This document shows, in pieces, positions 38,692 to 49,149 of a stretch of DNA of 55,072 nt. Every line of letters begins with the position of its first letter. The stretch's first letter is position 1. The DNA lies in assembly GCA_007120695.1 (NCBI GenBank), contig SKND01000199.1, forward strand, positions 1 to 55,072, read 5' to 3'. The notes below the pieces were generated by a model. The model searched no databases and was not told the DNA's origin. It worked only from the letters and a program-made list of their open reading frames with translations. The stretch comes from Bacteroidales bacterium. Its GTDB lineage: Bacteria > Bacteroidota > Bacteroidia > Bacteroidales > PUMT01. A program made the position numbers and the translations under genes.

Positions 38692-39480
38692 ATGGATCTT
38701 CTACTCAAAAAGAAGAAAATCCTTGTTACCGGTGGCAGTAAGGGTATTGGCCTTGCTTGTGCCACGGTCCTTGCCTCTGAAGGTGCAGATATAATTATTT
38801 CTTCACGAACAGCCCATAATCTTGAAATTGCAGGAAAAAGGGCAGGAGGACATAAGGGCGAACTGCACCTTTTTCAGGCAGATGTGTCGGTTAAAGAAGA
38901 TGTAGAAGCGCTGGGAGAGTTTGTAAAGAGCCGGTTCGGCTATTTGGACGGACTTATCATAAATAGCGGCGGTCCGCCGCTGGGCTCTGCAATGAGTCAT
39001 ACCGATGAAGAGTGGATAACTGCTGTCAATACTCTGCTTTTATCGGCCGTTCGTCTCACCAGGGTTTTTGTACCCAATATGCAGGAGAGGAAATTCGGCC
39101 GGATAATAAATATATCTTCTACAGGAGTTAAGCAACCAATTCAGGGACTTGTACTGAGTAATTCGATTCGCCAGGCTGCGGGGGCATACCTTAAAACTCT
39201 TTCGGCAGAGGTTGCTAAGGATAATGTATTTATCAACAGCCTTTTGCCTGGTTCAACTGATACTGAACGATTGTTGTCTCTCCATGAGGCAATTGCAGGT
39301 AACACCGGTAAAAGCGTTGATGAGGTTATCTCTATTAGAAAGAGTTCCATACCTGCCGGTAAATTCGGAGATCCTTCAGACCTGGCTGGCCTGGCTGCCT
39401 TTCTTTTATCGGAAAGAAACGGATATATTACCGGTCAGAGTATATCAGTTGACGGAGGGCTGGTATCTTTCCCACTTTAA
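38692..39480 (+). CDS. SDR family oxidoreductase
   Basis: TGGSKGIG, NSGGPP, GRIINISS, LSNSIR, YITGQSISVDGG. Confidence 0.9.
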   Translation: MDLLLKKKKILVTGGSKGIGLACATVLASEGADIIISSRTAHNLEIAGKRAGGHKGELHLFQADVSVKEDVEALGEFVKSRFGYLDGLIINSGGPPLGSAMSHTDEEWITAVNTLLLSAVRLTRVFVPNMQERKFGRIINISSTGVKQPIQGLVLSNSIRQAAGAYLKTLSAEVAKDNVFINSLLPGSTDTERLLSLHEAIAGNTGKSVDEVISIRKSSIPAGKFGDPSDLAGLAAFLLSERNGYITGQSISVDGGLVSFPL

Positions 39481-39492
39481 TAACATTCTTCT

Positions 39493-39876
39493 TCACAAAG
39501 TTTCCGCCCTGTTAAGTTTTGTATTCCCATTGTACTGAAAATAAGCCGGATTGAGCATCCACTGTTCAATGTCGGCTGAATTTTCTCTATGTTGATGGAA
39601 AATTAAATCGATAAAGTGGAAAGGGTCATACATCCAGCCGGAAATTTCGACCGGGGCCTCATTAGCATCAACCATATGCAAATAAGTGAAATAACCGGTA
39701 TCAGTCATCCACTCCTCAATACCATGGTAGTCTTTCCATGTTGCGTATGAAAAGCTGTTTAGTTCGTATGAAGAGGAGCATTTATCATGTTTTCCTGTAT
39801 TGTGGTTAGCCGTTACGGGGAGTGAAAGTGAACTGATGAAAATCAGAACAATTGCTGAGTTTATTAATTTTTTCAT
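39493..39876 (-). CDS. Small secreted protein with three I-E/S-x-WM repeats
   Basis: Signal peptide. GIEEWMTDTGYF, EISGWMYDPFHF, DIEQWMLNPAYF. Confidence 0.7.
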   Translation of the reverse strand: MKKLINSAIVLIFISSLSLPVTANHNTGKHDKCSSSYELNSFSYATWKDYHGIEEWMTDTGYFTYLHMVDANEAPVEISGWMYDPFHFIDLIFHQHRENSADIEQWMLNPAYFQYNGNTKLNRAETL

Positions 39877-39943
39877 GATCGTATGGTATTATGTTTATAA
39901 TTTGTTTTATAACTAAGTGTTTCCTTTTGACTCTCTATCTGAT

Positions 39944-39971
39944 TAGACGAAACCCCGCCTGTTTTGTTACA
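39944..39971 (-). promoter_or_regulatory. Putative ECF sigma factor promoter TGTAAC-N16-CGTCTA
   Basis: The - strand reads tgtaac aaaacaggcggggttt cgtcta, about 70 nt upstream of ATG 39876. This matches the AAC/CGT ECF pattern. Confidence 0.55.
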
Positions 39972-40102
39972 TTTCCTAAGGTTTTCTTTAGTGTTTTTTA
40001 ACATATTACATGCCAAATTGCGTAAAGCACATAAAAACAGGCACATATAGTGAATGTCGCTTTTGCGAAAACAGACAATTATGTACAGAACCGTATGCAG
40101 GG

Positions 40103-40118
40103 TGTCCTAAAACGGACA
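40103..40118. promoter_or_regulatory. Palindromic transcription-factor site TGTCC-N6-GGACA
   Basis: tgtcctaaaacggaca, with a weaker related copy tgtacagaaccgtatg 21 bp upstream (40082), in a divergent intergenic region. Confidence 0.45.
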
Positions 40119-40191
40119 GAAGGTTTATTTTTCGTTTTTCCTGTTTGCATTAAAAAAATATTATTTTAGCGGCAAATAAACTGAACCGATC

Positions 40192-41904
40192 ATGCAAAAA
40201 CTGAATGATTTCCTCCTTTTGATTGATAGTTATATCGGAAGCGGTCCCTGGTTTGTATATCTTTTGCTTGGGACCGGCGTTTTTTTTACCCTTTACCTCG
40301 GATTTCCGCAATTCAGGTATTTCAAACATGCCATCAGGGTTGTAACCGGCCGTTTCGATAAGAAAACTGATGAGGGAGATACTTCCCATTTTCAGGCGCT
40401 CACAACTGCATTATCAGGAACAGTAGGTACAGGGAATATTGCCGGTGTGGCGCTGGCAATTCATATGGGCGGACCTGCTGCATTATTCTGGATGCTTGTA
40501 ACTGCACTGGTCGGAATGACTACAAAGTTCGTTGAAGTGACTATTTCGCACAAATACAGGGAGAAAGATGAAAAGGGTATGATTGCCGGAGGTCCGATGT
40601 ATTATATGCGGAAAAGGCTCAATATAAAACTGCCGAACAAGAAAGTAATCAATACAGGAAAATGGCTGGGTGCATTTTTTGCGGGAGCTACAATACTTTC
40701 ATCTATAGGGACAGGCAACTTGCCCCAGATAAACAGTATTTCCAATTCAATATTTGCCACTTTCGGAATACCTCATGTAATAACAGGAGGAATACTGGCC
40801 GTTTTGCTGGCTTTTGTCATACTGGGTGGTATCAAGCGTATAGCCCAGGTCACTTCGCGGCTTGTTCCGGGAATGGCATTGGTATATCTTGTTGGTGCTG
40901 CAGCGGTTTTGATATTTAATTATGATAATATTCTGCCATCCATAGTCTCCATTTTTTCTGATGTATTTACGGGAACTGCTGCTACAGGTGGATTTCTCGG
41001 GGCTTCGGTAATTTATGCCTTCAAGCTCGGAGTGAACCGGGGCCTGTTTTCCAATGAGGCGGGTCAGGGTTCTGCACCTATTGCCCATGCTGCAGCACGT
41101 GCACATGAACCTGTTTCAGAAGGAATGGTTGCTATACTTGAGCCTTTTATTGATACCATATGCATTTGCACGCTTACCGGTCTTGTTCTCCTGTCATCAG
41201 GTGTCTGGAAAGACAAAGTTGAGAATACATTCCAGTCGACCGACATGATTATCCTTTCAGGCGATTACAATCAGGGAAGTATTGCCGACAAAGAGAGGCT
41301 TTATTCTTATCTGGACGGCGAAGCAGTCCTGCCGAACTTTACAGGTAACCTTAGTGTGGATAATGGCGCTATTGAAGAAAATGTAACTATCATACATGCC
41401 CGGTCAATTGCAGAAGATGTGAGGGTAATGGTAGGAAATGTACCTTTCTCAGGGATTTTGCAGGCAGAAAACGGGAGGTTGTCCGGATTGTCTGCAGCAG
41501 TCACATTCAGAGGGAGTTCACTTATACACAGTGCACCATTGACAGCCGAAGCATTTACCAGGAGCCATTTCGGTAACTGGGGTCAGTATATTGTTTCGAT
41601 AGGCCTTCTACTTTTTGCATTCTCAACGGCAATATCATGGTCTTATTACGGTGACAGGGCGGTGACTTATCTGGCCGGTTCTTCATACGTGATATATTAC
41701 AGGATAGTTTATGTCGGACTCTTTTTCATTGCCGCATTCACAGATACCACAATTATCTGGACACTGTCATATATTACAATTGCATTTATGACCATACCCA
41801 ACCTTATAGGACTGCTGTTGCTGCACAAGGAGATAAAAACGACAATACGCGATTACTGGATTCAGTTTCGTGATGAATGGCCGGGCGAAAAATCATCCCG
41901 GTAG
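40192..41904 (+). CDS. Alanine/glycine:cation symporter (AGCS/AlsT family) with a soluble insertion
   Basis: [77 protein letters not shown]. Confidence 0.9.
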   Translation: MQKLNDFLLLIDSYIGSGPWFVYLLLGTGVFFTLYLGFPQFRYFKHAIRVVTGRFDKKTDEGDTSHFQALTTALSGTVGTGNIAGVALAIHMGGPAALFWMLVTALVGMTTKFVEVTISHKYREKDEKGMIAGGPMYYMRKRLNIKLPNKKVINTGKWLGAFFAGATILSSIGTGNLPQINSISNSIFATFGIPHVITGGILAVLLAFVILGGIKRIAQVTSRLVPGMALVYLVGAAAVLIFNYDNILPSIVSIFSDVFTGTAATGGFLGASVIYAFKLGVNRGLFSNEAGQGSAPIAHAAARAHEPVSEGMVAILEPFIDTICICTLTGLVLLSSGVWKDKVENTFQSTDMIILSGDYNQGSIADKERLYSYLDGEAVLPNFTGNLSVDNGAIEENVTIIHARSIAEDVRVMVGNVPFSGILQAENGRLSGLSAAVTFRGSSLIHSAPLTAEAFTRSHFGNWGQYIVSIGLLLFAFSTAISWSYYGDRAVTYLAGSSYVIYYRIVYVGLFFIAAFTDTTIIWTLSYITIAFMTIPNLIGLLLLHKEIKTTIRDYWIQFRDEWPGEKSSR

Positions 41905-41988
41905 TGACAGATATATCTGTTGATCATATTTTTACTTATTAAACCCTTTCGGAGATTATGCCGGTGCTTGGGATTACATAGATGCCTG

Positions 41989-42120
41989 ATGGCTAAGAAA
42001 GCATGTGAAAGAATAGACAATAAAAAGTTGGCCGATAAGGTTACAATAAAGCATATATGTTCAAAATGCGGGCTTAAGGCTTCAAAGAAGAAACATCTGT
42101 GTAAACCAGTTAAACTATAG
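41989..42120 (+). CDS. 43-aa basic four-Cys small protein
   Basis: MAKKACERIDNKKLADKVTIKHICSKCGLKASKKKHLCKPVKL. The C...CxxC...LCKP pattern ends 9 nt before the next ATG. Confidence 0.7.
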   Translation: MAKKACERIDNKKLADKVTIKHICSKCGLKASKKKHLCKPVKL

Positions 42121-42129
42121 CTGACTGGA

Positions 42130-42855
42130 ATGAAGGCTATGATATATACCGGGGGACTTGAAAGCAGCATACAACCCCAGCCGGGTGAAAAACCCAGGGC
42201 ACTGCTGGAAGTCAATGGGGAGCCTCTGCTCTCTATCCTGATTAAGCGTCTTGCCGAATCGGGATTCAATGAGATAATAATTAATGTCCACCATTTTTCT
42301 GCCAGAATAACGGATTTTCTTAAGTCGAATGACTTTTCGGGAATCAGGGTTGAGGTTTCGGATGAAACCGACCTGATTCTGGATTCAGGTGGGGGCCTCA
42401 GGAAGGTTAGCTGGTTTTTTGATGACGGTATGCCTTTCCTCCTCTATAATCTTGAAATTCTAAGCGATATTGATCTTCAAAAACTTTACCGGGATCATTG
42501 TAGTTCAGGGGCTCTTGCAACCCTGGTTGTGCGCAGGAGGGAGAGTGAACGGTTCATACTTTTTGATGAGGAAATGAGGATGTGCGGCTGGGTGAACAAA
42601 CTGACCGGTGAGTCGGTTATGGCGGGATCATATGATGGAAATAAACATGCATATGCCTTCAGCAGGATCCAGATAGTTAGTCCCCGGTTATTCAACCTGA
42701 TTACCGAACGGGGCGCCTTTTCAATTGTCGAACTTTATTTAAGGATTGCATCAAGGCATAATATCAGAGGGTATCCCGATAGTGAGTCGATATGGATGGA
42801 CCTTGCCAAAAAAGATGGGATGCTTGAAGCAGAGAAACTATTTATGAAGAACTGA
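42130..42855 (+). CDS. Nucleotidyltransferase (MurU-like NTP_transferase) with degenerate signature motifs
   Basis: The fold is recognisable (MKAMI, EIIINVHH, SDE...LDSGGGL, ATL.V..R), but GxGTR is replaced by GLESS and PK by PR. Confidence 0.75.
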   Translation: MKAMIYTGGLESSIQPQPGEKPRALLEVNGEPLLSILIKRLAESGFNEIIINVHHFSARITDFLKSNDFSGIRVEVSDETDLILDSGGGLRKVSWFFDDGMPFLLYNLEILSDIDLQKLYRDHCSSGALATLVVRRRESERFILFDEEMRMCGWVNKLTGESVMAGSYDGNKHAYAFSRIQIVSPRLFNLITERGAFSIVELYLRIASRHNIRGYPDSESIWMDLAKKDGMLEAEKLFMKN

Positions 42856-42920
42856 TCATGGAAACCCCTCATATTACCGAAGCCCGGATCCGGAACTCAT
42901 ATATTTTTGGTTCCTGGTTT

Positions 42921-43454
42921 TCACCTTTTCAGGAAATCTCTGTAAAGAGGCTGATCTGAAGTATCTATCTCAAGAAGCATTTCAAACAACTTAACGGTTG
43001 CCAATGCGTCTCCTCTGGCCCGGTGCCGGTTTTCAATTCTGATGTTGAGTTCTGAACAAAGCTTTCCCAGGCTGTAGGACCTGAGTCCGGGTATTATTTT
43101 TCTGCTGAGCCTGACAGTGCATAACTTTTCTCTCGAATAAGTATAACCCAGTTGCCGGAACTCCTCTCGTATAAACCCGTAGTCAAAAGAGGCGTTATGT
43201 GCAACAAAGATGCGGTTTTCGGTCATCTCAATAACTTTTCTTGCAATCTCATAAAATTTGGGTGCGCCGGAAACCATTTTATCGGTAATACCAGTTATTC
43301 CCGTAATGAACGCGGGTATTCTTTTTTCAGGATTTATAAGTGTGGTAAACTCATCAGTAATACTAGATCCGTCATGTATTAAAAGTGATATTTCAGTTAT
43401 TTTTTCTGTTTTCGGGCTTCCTCCGGTTGTTTCGATATCTATAATACTGTACAT
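42921..43454 (-). CDS. DEDDh 3'-5' exonuclease (DnaQ/epsilon-like, stand-alone)
   Basis: IDIETTG, TGIT, AHNASFD, LCT, HRARGDA. Confidence 0.9.
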   Translation of the reverse strand: MYSIIDIETTGGSPKTEKITEISLLIHDGSSITDEFTTLINPEKRIPAFITGITGITDKMVSGAPKFYEIARKVIEMTENRIFVAHNASFDYGFIREEFRQLGYTYSREKLCTVRLSRKIIPGLRSYSLGKLCSELNIRIENRHRARGDALATVKLFEMLLEIDTSDQPLYRDFLKR

Positions 43455-43541
43455 TCCTCCCTTTTATATAGCGGTGCCGGTTATTTTGTCGTCTGTTATT
43501 CAATAAGAGATTGTTGATGCTTCCCTTCCCGGATATTTAAT

Positions 43542-44423
43542 TCAGGTTGCAACCTCCACCTTCTTTACCCCAATGTTTGTTATTGCTATTATAAATCCTG
43601 CCGTCATAAACATTATAAGGCTGTATATTGCAGGAGAGATTGCCATAACATCATTATGCAGAAGAGCACTTGCTATTGTAATCCCGAGAGTTCCGTTCTG
43701 AATTCCCGATTCTACCGAAATGGTAATCCGCTGTGGGGTGCGAAGTCTCAGAAAACGTGCCGACATATATCCAACGGTAAGCATTACCAAATTCAGCGAC
43801 AAAGCTATCGGGCCAACATCAGTGAAGGAACTGACAAATATATCCCTGTTGCTCATTATTGCTGCAAATATTATCAGGAACAGCAGAACTCCTGAAACAA
43901 TCTTTACGGGTTTATCCATTTTGCGGGCAAAATTAATTGCCCTCGCTCTAATTATCATACCAATACCTACCGGAACCAGGGTTATCAGGGTAAGGGCTAT
44001 TATGGTCCTGAAAACGGGAAGGGGTATATATTCTCCCTGTTGCATGAAAAACGCCAGTGCCAGGTTTACAATCAATGGAATAGTTATTACGGCAACCAGG
44101 CTGGATATGGCAGTAAGAGTTATTGACAATGCGGTATCTCCACGTGAAATATGACTTATCAGGTTGGATGTCGGGCCTCCCGGACAGGCTGCAAGGATCA
44201 TTATTCCAACTGCAAGCTCCGGACTCTTAAGCCCGAACATCCACAGGAGTGAAAACCCTACCAGGGGGAGGATTATTATCTGGTTAAGAATTCCTATTGA
44301 GGCAGCTTTGGGATATAAAGCTACTCTTTTAAAGTCAAATGGTACAAGCGACAGACCCATCCCCAGCATAATAATTGCAAGAGAAAGGGGCAGCATTATG
44401 TCAGTCAGGTAATTGGTTTCCAT
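43542..44423 (-). CDS. Bile acid:sodium symporter (SBF/ASBT family)
   Basis: IMLGMGLSL, Q..ILP, CPGGPTSN, GDTALSITLT, ESGIQNG. Confidence 0.9.
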   Translation of the reverse strand: METNYLTDIMLPLSLAIIMLGMGLSLVPFDFKRVALYPKAASIGILNQIIILPLVGFSLLWMFGLKSPELAVGIMILAACPGGPTSNLISHISRGDTALSITLTAISSLVAVITIPLIVNLALAFFMQQGEYIPLPVFRTIIALTLITLVPVGIGMIIRARAINFARKMDKPVKIVSGVLLFLIIFAAIMSNRDIFVSSFTDVGPIALSLNLVMLTVGYMSARFLRLRTPQRITISVESGIQNGTLGITIASALLHNDVMAISPAIYSLIMFMTAGFIIAITNIGVKKVEVAT

Positions 44424-44527
44424 TTAGTTACGATTTATAAGTATTTCCGGTAAGGTTCTGCGGGATAATGCATATATGTTATAAAGCATGCAATATAGCA
44501 AGTTCATTTAAACTAGTAATATAATTT

Positions 44528-45502
44528 TCAGAAATATTTTCCAAACCATGATAAAGTATCTTCTATTGCTTTATCCACAGGTGTTAGTTGCAGGTTTAGC
44601 TTTTTCACTGCTTTTTCAGAGGAATAATAATTTCTGAGACAAAGGATTTTCATGTTTGTGAGGCTTAATTCAGTATTGATTCCTGCATACCTGGCAATAT
44701 TACCGGCGATGCCTGCCAGGAGGAGAATAACGCCAGGTATCGTAATAAGCAGTTGCGGTTCCCTTGTTATGGATGCCATCTTCTTGTAGAATTCCCTGTA
44801 GGTAAGATTTTCATTTGCAAGTATGTAACATTCTCCATCCTTACCCTGTTCCATTGCATTGCATATTCCCCTGGCTGCATCCATCACATGAATAAAATTT
44901 TTTCCTCCGGGAGGAATAAAAAGTATTCTTTTTCCCAGTGCCCGTAAAATTATCCTGTTTGAGCTTATTTTGTTGTCGTTGGGACCTATCATAAAGGAAG
45001 GGTTGACCACTGTTGCGGTTATTCCTGAACCTGCCAGTTCATTGAGGATAAGTTTCTGGGCTTCTGCTTTGCTGACTGCATAACCTGAATTAATGAAAGG
45101 TTGCCTCATGGGCATTGACTCAACGCCGGGCCTGGATTTTGTGCCAAACCCGAAGGCGTTAACAGTACTTACATATATGACACTCTTTACCCTCTGTTCA
45201 AGGGCTGCCCCGATAATATATCTTGTTCCTGTTATATTAACCTTTTCATAGCCTTCAAAATTCTTCACAGACATGTCAGTCAACGCCGCAATATGAATTA
45301 TTGAATCACATCCTCTGGCAGCTTCAACTACCTCTTTCTCCTCGGTGATATTTCCATAAAAATATTCCAGATTAACATGAACGAAGGGCACTTTGGCTGT
45401 TTTTCTCAGCATACCCCTTACATGGTACCCCCGTCCCAGCAACTCTGAAATGGTATTGCCTGCAAGAAATCCGTTTGCACCTGTTACAAGTACTGTGGGC
45501 AT
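44528..45502 (-). CDS. NAD-dependent epimerase/dehydratase (extended SDR, dihydroflavonol reductase-like)
   Basis: VTGANGFLA, IHIAA, NITGT, YAVSK, VNPSFMIGP, GECYIL. Confidence 0.85.
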   Translation of the reverse strand: MPTVLVTGANGFLAGNTISELLGRGYHVRGMLRKTAKVPFVHVNLEYFYGNITEEKEVVEAARGCDSIIHIAALTDMSVKNFEGYEKVNITGTRYIIGAALEQRVKSVIYVSTVNAFGFGTKSRPGVESMPMRQPFINSGYAVSKAEAQKLILNELAGSGITATVVNPSFMIGPNDNKISSNRIILRALGKRILFIPPGGKNFIHVMDAARGICNAMEQGKDGECYILANENLTYREFYKKMASITREPQLLITIPGVILLLAGIAGNIARYAGINTELSLTNMKILCLRNYYSSEKAVKKLNLQLTPVDKAIEDTLSWFGKYF

Positions 45503-45510
45503 GCCTGGTA

Positions 45511-46347
45511 TTATTGTTGTGATGCGAACAACTCCTTTTTTACAAGTTTAGTAATAAACGGAAGCCTTATAGAATCGGGTACCGTTTTCATAAGCAGCCA
45601 GGTTAGCCGGTTAAGCCAACCAAGGATGATAAGCGATTTTCCCCTGAACATCATATTAATGGACTTTCTTGCAACATACTCGGGTGTGAGCAGGCCAATT
45701 CTTCCGAACATACCCATTCTGTTGATCCTGTTTGTAACAAAGCTGTTTGTTTTCATCGGGCCCGGATGAACAACGCTGACAAGAATGCCGGTTCCTTTAA
45801 GTTCCTGGGACAGTCCCTTGGTAAAATATAAAACGAACACTTTAGATGCAGGATAAATGGTTTTGTAACCTATGGGAATGAATGAGGCCATGCTGGCAAC
45901 ATTCAGTATCCATGCCCTCCTGTGGCTTTTGAGCTCGGGTAGCAGCTGATGGGTAATGAGCGTGAGAGCCCTGATATTCAGCGATATCATATTGTCCAGA
46001 TACTCAGCCCCGGCAGATTCAAATTCTTTTGAACCTCCCATTCCTGCATTATTGATCAGGATGTTGATCCTGAAATTTGAAAGAGCCCAGTTTACCATTT
46101 CAGAGATGCTGTGTTGCCTGGTCAGGTCAGTTTCATGGAAAGCACATTCTACTTTGTATCTGTCCCTGATAAATTCGCAAAGCTCAGGTAAGCCGTCATC
46201 AGGAAGAGCCACCATAAGGAGGTTGATATTCCTCTTTGCAAGCTCAACAGCAAATTCTTTGCCAAGTCCTCTGCTTGCACCTGTGACCAGGGCATAGGTT
46301 GTGCTTGCGCCTTCTTCTCGTTTTACCGATTCAGAACTTTTAACCAT
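45511..46347 (-). CDS. Classical SDR oxidoreductase
   Basis: TGASRGLG, LINNAG, NVASMA, YPASK, PGPMKT. Confidence 0.9.
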   Translation of the reverse strand: MVKSSESVKREEGASTTYALVTGASRGLGKEFAVELAKRNINLLMVALPDDGLPELCEFIRDRYKVECAFHETDLTRQHSISEMVNWALSNFRINILINNAGMGGSKEFESAGAEYLDNMISLNIRALTLITHQLLPELKSHRRAWILNVASMASFIPIGYKTIYPASKVFVLYFTKGLSQELKGTGILVSVVHPGPMKTNSFVTNRINRMGMFGRIGLLTPEYVARKSINMMFRGKSLIILGWLNRLTWLLMKTVPDSIRLPFITKLVKKELFASQQ

Positions 46348-46403
46348 TGTGGGTTACTATTAAAATGCCAGTCAATTGTTTTTGCCGGGACTACTACGAA
46401 CAA

Positions 46404-46494
46404 CAAATTTAAGCAACTATTATCTACAACTCTCAATTTTGCAGGTTAAAATGCTCAAAATTCTATGCAATTTAAAGAATAAAGGGTAAATTTG
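46404..46494. promoter_or_regulatory. Divergent pair of Bacteroidota -7 boxes
   Basis: TAAATTTG on the - strand at 46404-46411 (towards the SDR) and on the + strand at 46487-46494 (towards the TIM-barrel gene). Confidence 0.55.
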
Positions 46495-46541
46495 AATGCC
46501 AACGTAATTAACTATAATTAACCTTTAAAACAAAAATTGAT

Positions 46542-47537
46542 ATGTCCAGACCAGTAACGTTATTCAGCGGACAATGGGCCGATATGCCTATTGAAACAAT
46601 ATGCAGGAAAACCAAGGAATTCGGATATGACGGCATCGAACTTGGGTGCTGGGGAGATCATATTGAGATCGACAAGGCCGATCAGTCATATTGCGAACAA
46701 AGAAAAGCTATTCTGAAAAAGTATGACCTTCAGCTATTTACTATTTCCACCCATCTTGTAGGTCAGGCAGTATGCGATAATCCCGATCAAAGGCATAAGG
46801 CTATACTTCCTCCTTACATCTGGGGTGACGGCGACCCGGAAGGAATAAGAAAGAGAGCAGCTAAGGAGATAATAAAAACAGGAGAGGTAGCAAATAGACT
46901 GGGTATTGAGAATGTGGTTGGTTTTACCGGCAGCTCCATCTGGCATCTTCTTTATCCTTTTCCTGCAGTGCCACCTCAGATGATTGATGAAGGGTACAAG
47001 GATTTTGCCCGCAGATGGGGGCCAATATTTGATGAATATAAAAAGCTTGGAGTGAAATATTGTTTTGAGGTGCATCCAACAGAAATTGCGTTTGATATTA
47101 CAACCTCCAAAAGAGCGCTTGAAGCTGTTGATTATCATCCGGCGTTTGGTTTCAACTATGATCCGAGCCATATGGCTTATCAGGGCGTTGATTATGTTAA
47201 ATTTATCTATGATTTTGCCGACCGTATATTTCATGTCCATATGAAGGACGTTACATGGAGTGACGGACCTAAGGATGTTGGTGTTTTCGGCGGACATACT
47301 AATTTTGGAGACCATCGCAGATGCTGGGATTTCAGGAGTGTAGGAAGGGGACGTGTTGATTTTGAAAATGTAATCCGTGCTCTGAATGATATCGGATACA
47401 ACGGTCCTCTGTCTGTTGAATGGGAGGATCCGGGAATGGACAGGGAGCAGGGTGCTGCAGAGTCCTGCGAGTATGTAAAAGCAGTTGATTTCAAACCCTC
47501 TGATATTGCTTTTGATGACGCGTTTGCTAATGAATAA
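46542..47537 (+). CDS. Sugar phosphate isomerase/epimerase (AP_endonuc_2 TIM barrel)
   Basis: GQWAD, GYDGIEL, EVHPTE, NYDPSH, HVHMKD, SVEWED. Confidence 0.85.
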   Translation: MSRPVTLFSGQWADMPIETICRKTKEFGYDGIELGCWGDHIEIDKADQSYCEQRKAILKKYDLQLFTISTHLVGQAVCDNPDQRHKAILPPYIWGDGDPEGIRKRAAKEIIKTGEVANRLGIENVVGFTGSSIWHLLYPFPAVPPQMIDEGYKDFARRWGPIFDEYKKLGVKYCFEVHPTEIAFDITTSKRALEAVDYHPAFGFNYDPSHMAYQGVDYVKFIYDFADRIFHVHMKDVTWSDGPKDVGVFGGHTNFGDHRRCWDFRSVGRGRVDFENVIRALNDIGYNGPLSVEWEDPGMDREQGAAESCEYVKAVDFKPSDIAFDDAFANE

Positions 47538-47547
47538 CTAATAACTG

Positions 47548-48867
47548 ATGATAACAAACAGAAGAGATTTTCTTAAGAAGTCCGGACTTGCTGTAGCTGG
47601 TGCGGGACTGATTGCTTCACCCTTCAAAATCTCCGCCTCGGTTCTTGGAGCCAATGAAAAAATTACCTGCGGACTGATGGGAGTAAAGGGTATGGGTTAT
47701 TCCAACCTCCGCGCTTTTCTGAGGCAACCTAACACCGAGTGTATTGCACTTTGCGACGTTGATCGCAATGAACTTGAGAGGAGGGTAGCCGATACTGAAA
47801 AGTTACAGGGCAAAAAACCTGTTGCCTATACCGACTTTAGAAAGATGCTGGAGAATAAGGATATCGATGTGGTTATTATTGCTACACCCGACCACTGGCA
47901 TTGTATCCCGTTTGTTTATGCAGCACAGGCCGGGAAAGACATCTATTGTGAAAAACCCCTTGCCAACACCATTGAGGAGGTGAATATCATGGTCAGGGCA
48001 ACTCAAAGGTATAATCCCGTAGTCCAGATAGGACAATGGCAAAGGAGTGATCCTCACTGGCAGGATTCAGTTAATTTTGTCCATTCGGGCAAGTTGGGCA
48101 AAATCCGGACTGTTCGCACCTGGTCATACCAGGGATGGATGACTTCCGTACCTGTTCAGCCTGACGGTCCGGTTCCCGAAGGAGTTGATTATGATTTCTG
48201 GCTCGGACCGGCACCCAAGAGGCCGTTTAATCCTAACCGGTTTCATTTTACTTTCCGCTGGTTCTGGGATTATGCAGGAGGGATGATGACTGACTGGGGT
48301 GTGCATATTATAGATTATGCACTTTTTGGCATGAATGCAAAGTCGCCCAGGTCAATAATGTCAATGGGGGGCAAGTTTGCTTATCCCGATGATGCCTGTG
48401 AAACACCAGATACACAGCAAGCCCTGTATGAATTCGACGGCTACACAATGTTGTGGGATCATGGGATAGGTATTAATGGAGGTTATTTTGGCAGGACTCA
48501 TGGAGTTGGGTTTGTAGGCAACTACGGGACCCTTGTGGTGGATCGTGGCGGCTGGGAAGTGATACCGGAATACAAGAACAATAAACCCGAAATGGAAAGA
48601 ATTGAACTGCAGCCCTCTACAGGCAGGGGACTGGATCTTCATATGGAAGATTTTGTTGCATGCATAAAGGATAGGAACAGAGTACCTGCTGCAAGCATCG
48701 ATATTGGTGCAAATACTGCACAGATTGCCATACTGGGCAATATTGCCTTTAAAACCGGACGGAGGTTATACTGGGATGGTGACGCCAGGAATTTCATTAA
48801 TGACGATGAGGCTAACTCACATCTTGTACCTGAGTACAGATCACCGTGGAAGCTACCCCAGGTATAG
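47548..48867 (+). CDS. Tat-exported Gfo/Idh/MocA oxidoreductase
   Basis: NRRDFLK Tat motif, ATPDHWH, YCEKP, GQWQRS, WLGPAP, WRWFWDY-like FRWFWDY, DWGVH. Confidence 0.9.
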   Translation: MITNRRDFLKKSGLAVAGAGLIASPFKISASVLGANEKITCGLMGVKGMGYSNLRAFLRQPNTECIALCDVDRNELERRVADTEKLQGKKPVAYTDFRKMLENKDIDVVIIATPDHWHCIPFVYAAQAGKDIYCEKPLANTIEEVNIMVRATQRYNPVVQIGQWQRSDPHWQDSVNFVHSGKLGKIRTVRTWSYQGWMTSVPVQPDGPVPEGVDYDFWLGPAPKRPFNPNRFHFTFRWFWDYAGGMMTDWGVHIIDYALFGMNAKSPRSIMSMGGKFAYPDDACETPDTQQALYEFDGYTMLWDHGIGINGGYFGRTHGVGFVGNYGTLVVDRGGWEVIPEYKNNKPEMERIELQPSTGRGLDLHMEDFVACIKDRNRVPAASIDIGANTAQIAILGNIAFKTGRRLYWDGDARNFINDDEANSHLVPEYRSPWKLPQV

Positions 48868-48920
48868 TTCATCTCAATAACCTGCTAACTTTACATATAA
48901 AGGATATTTGTTTTTAATTT

Positions 48921-48950
48921 AATAACCGGGGCTTCGGCTTCGGTTATTTT
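48921..48950 (+). terminator. Intrinsic terminator with a UUCG tetraloop
   Basis: aataaccggggc-ttcg-gcttcggttatt followed by T residues. Confidence 0.8.
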
Positions 48951-49149
48951 ATCACTAACATCTGATACCGGAAAATGGCCTTGTTATTCAAATTATTTTA
49001 ATAGCCGGTGTGTGTTTTTAAAAAAATTAATTAATATTGTTTTGTGATTTTACACAATATATTGCTTATGAACAGTTTGGTGTATTACTGGTAAATATTA
49101 TTGTATATTACTGATAAAAAGGTTATTAAACTCTAATCAATCAAGAAAT

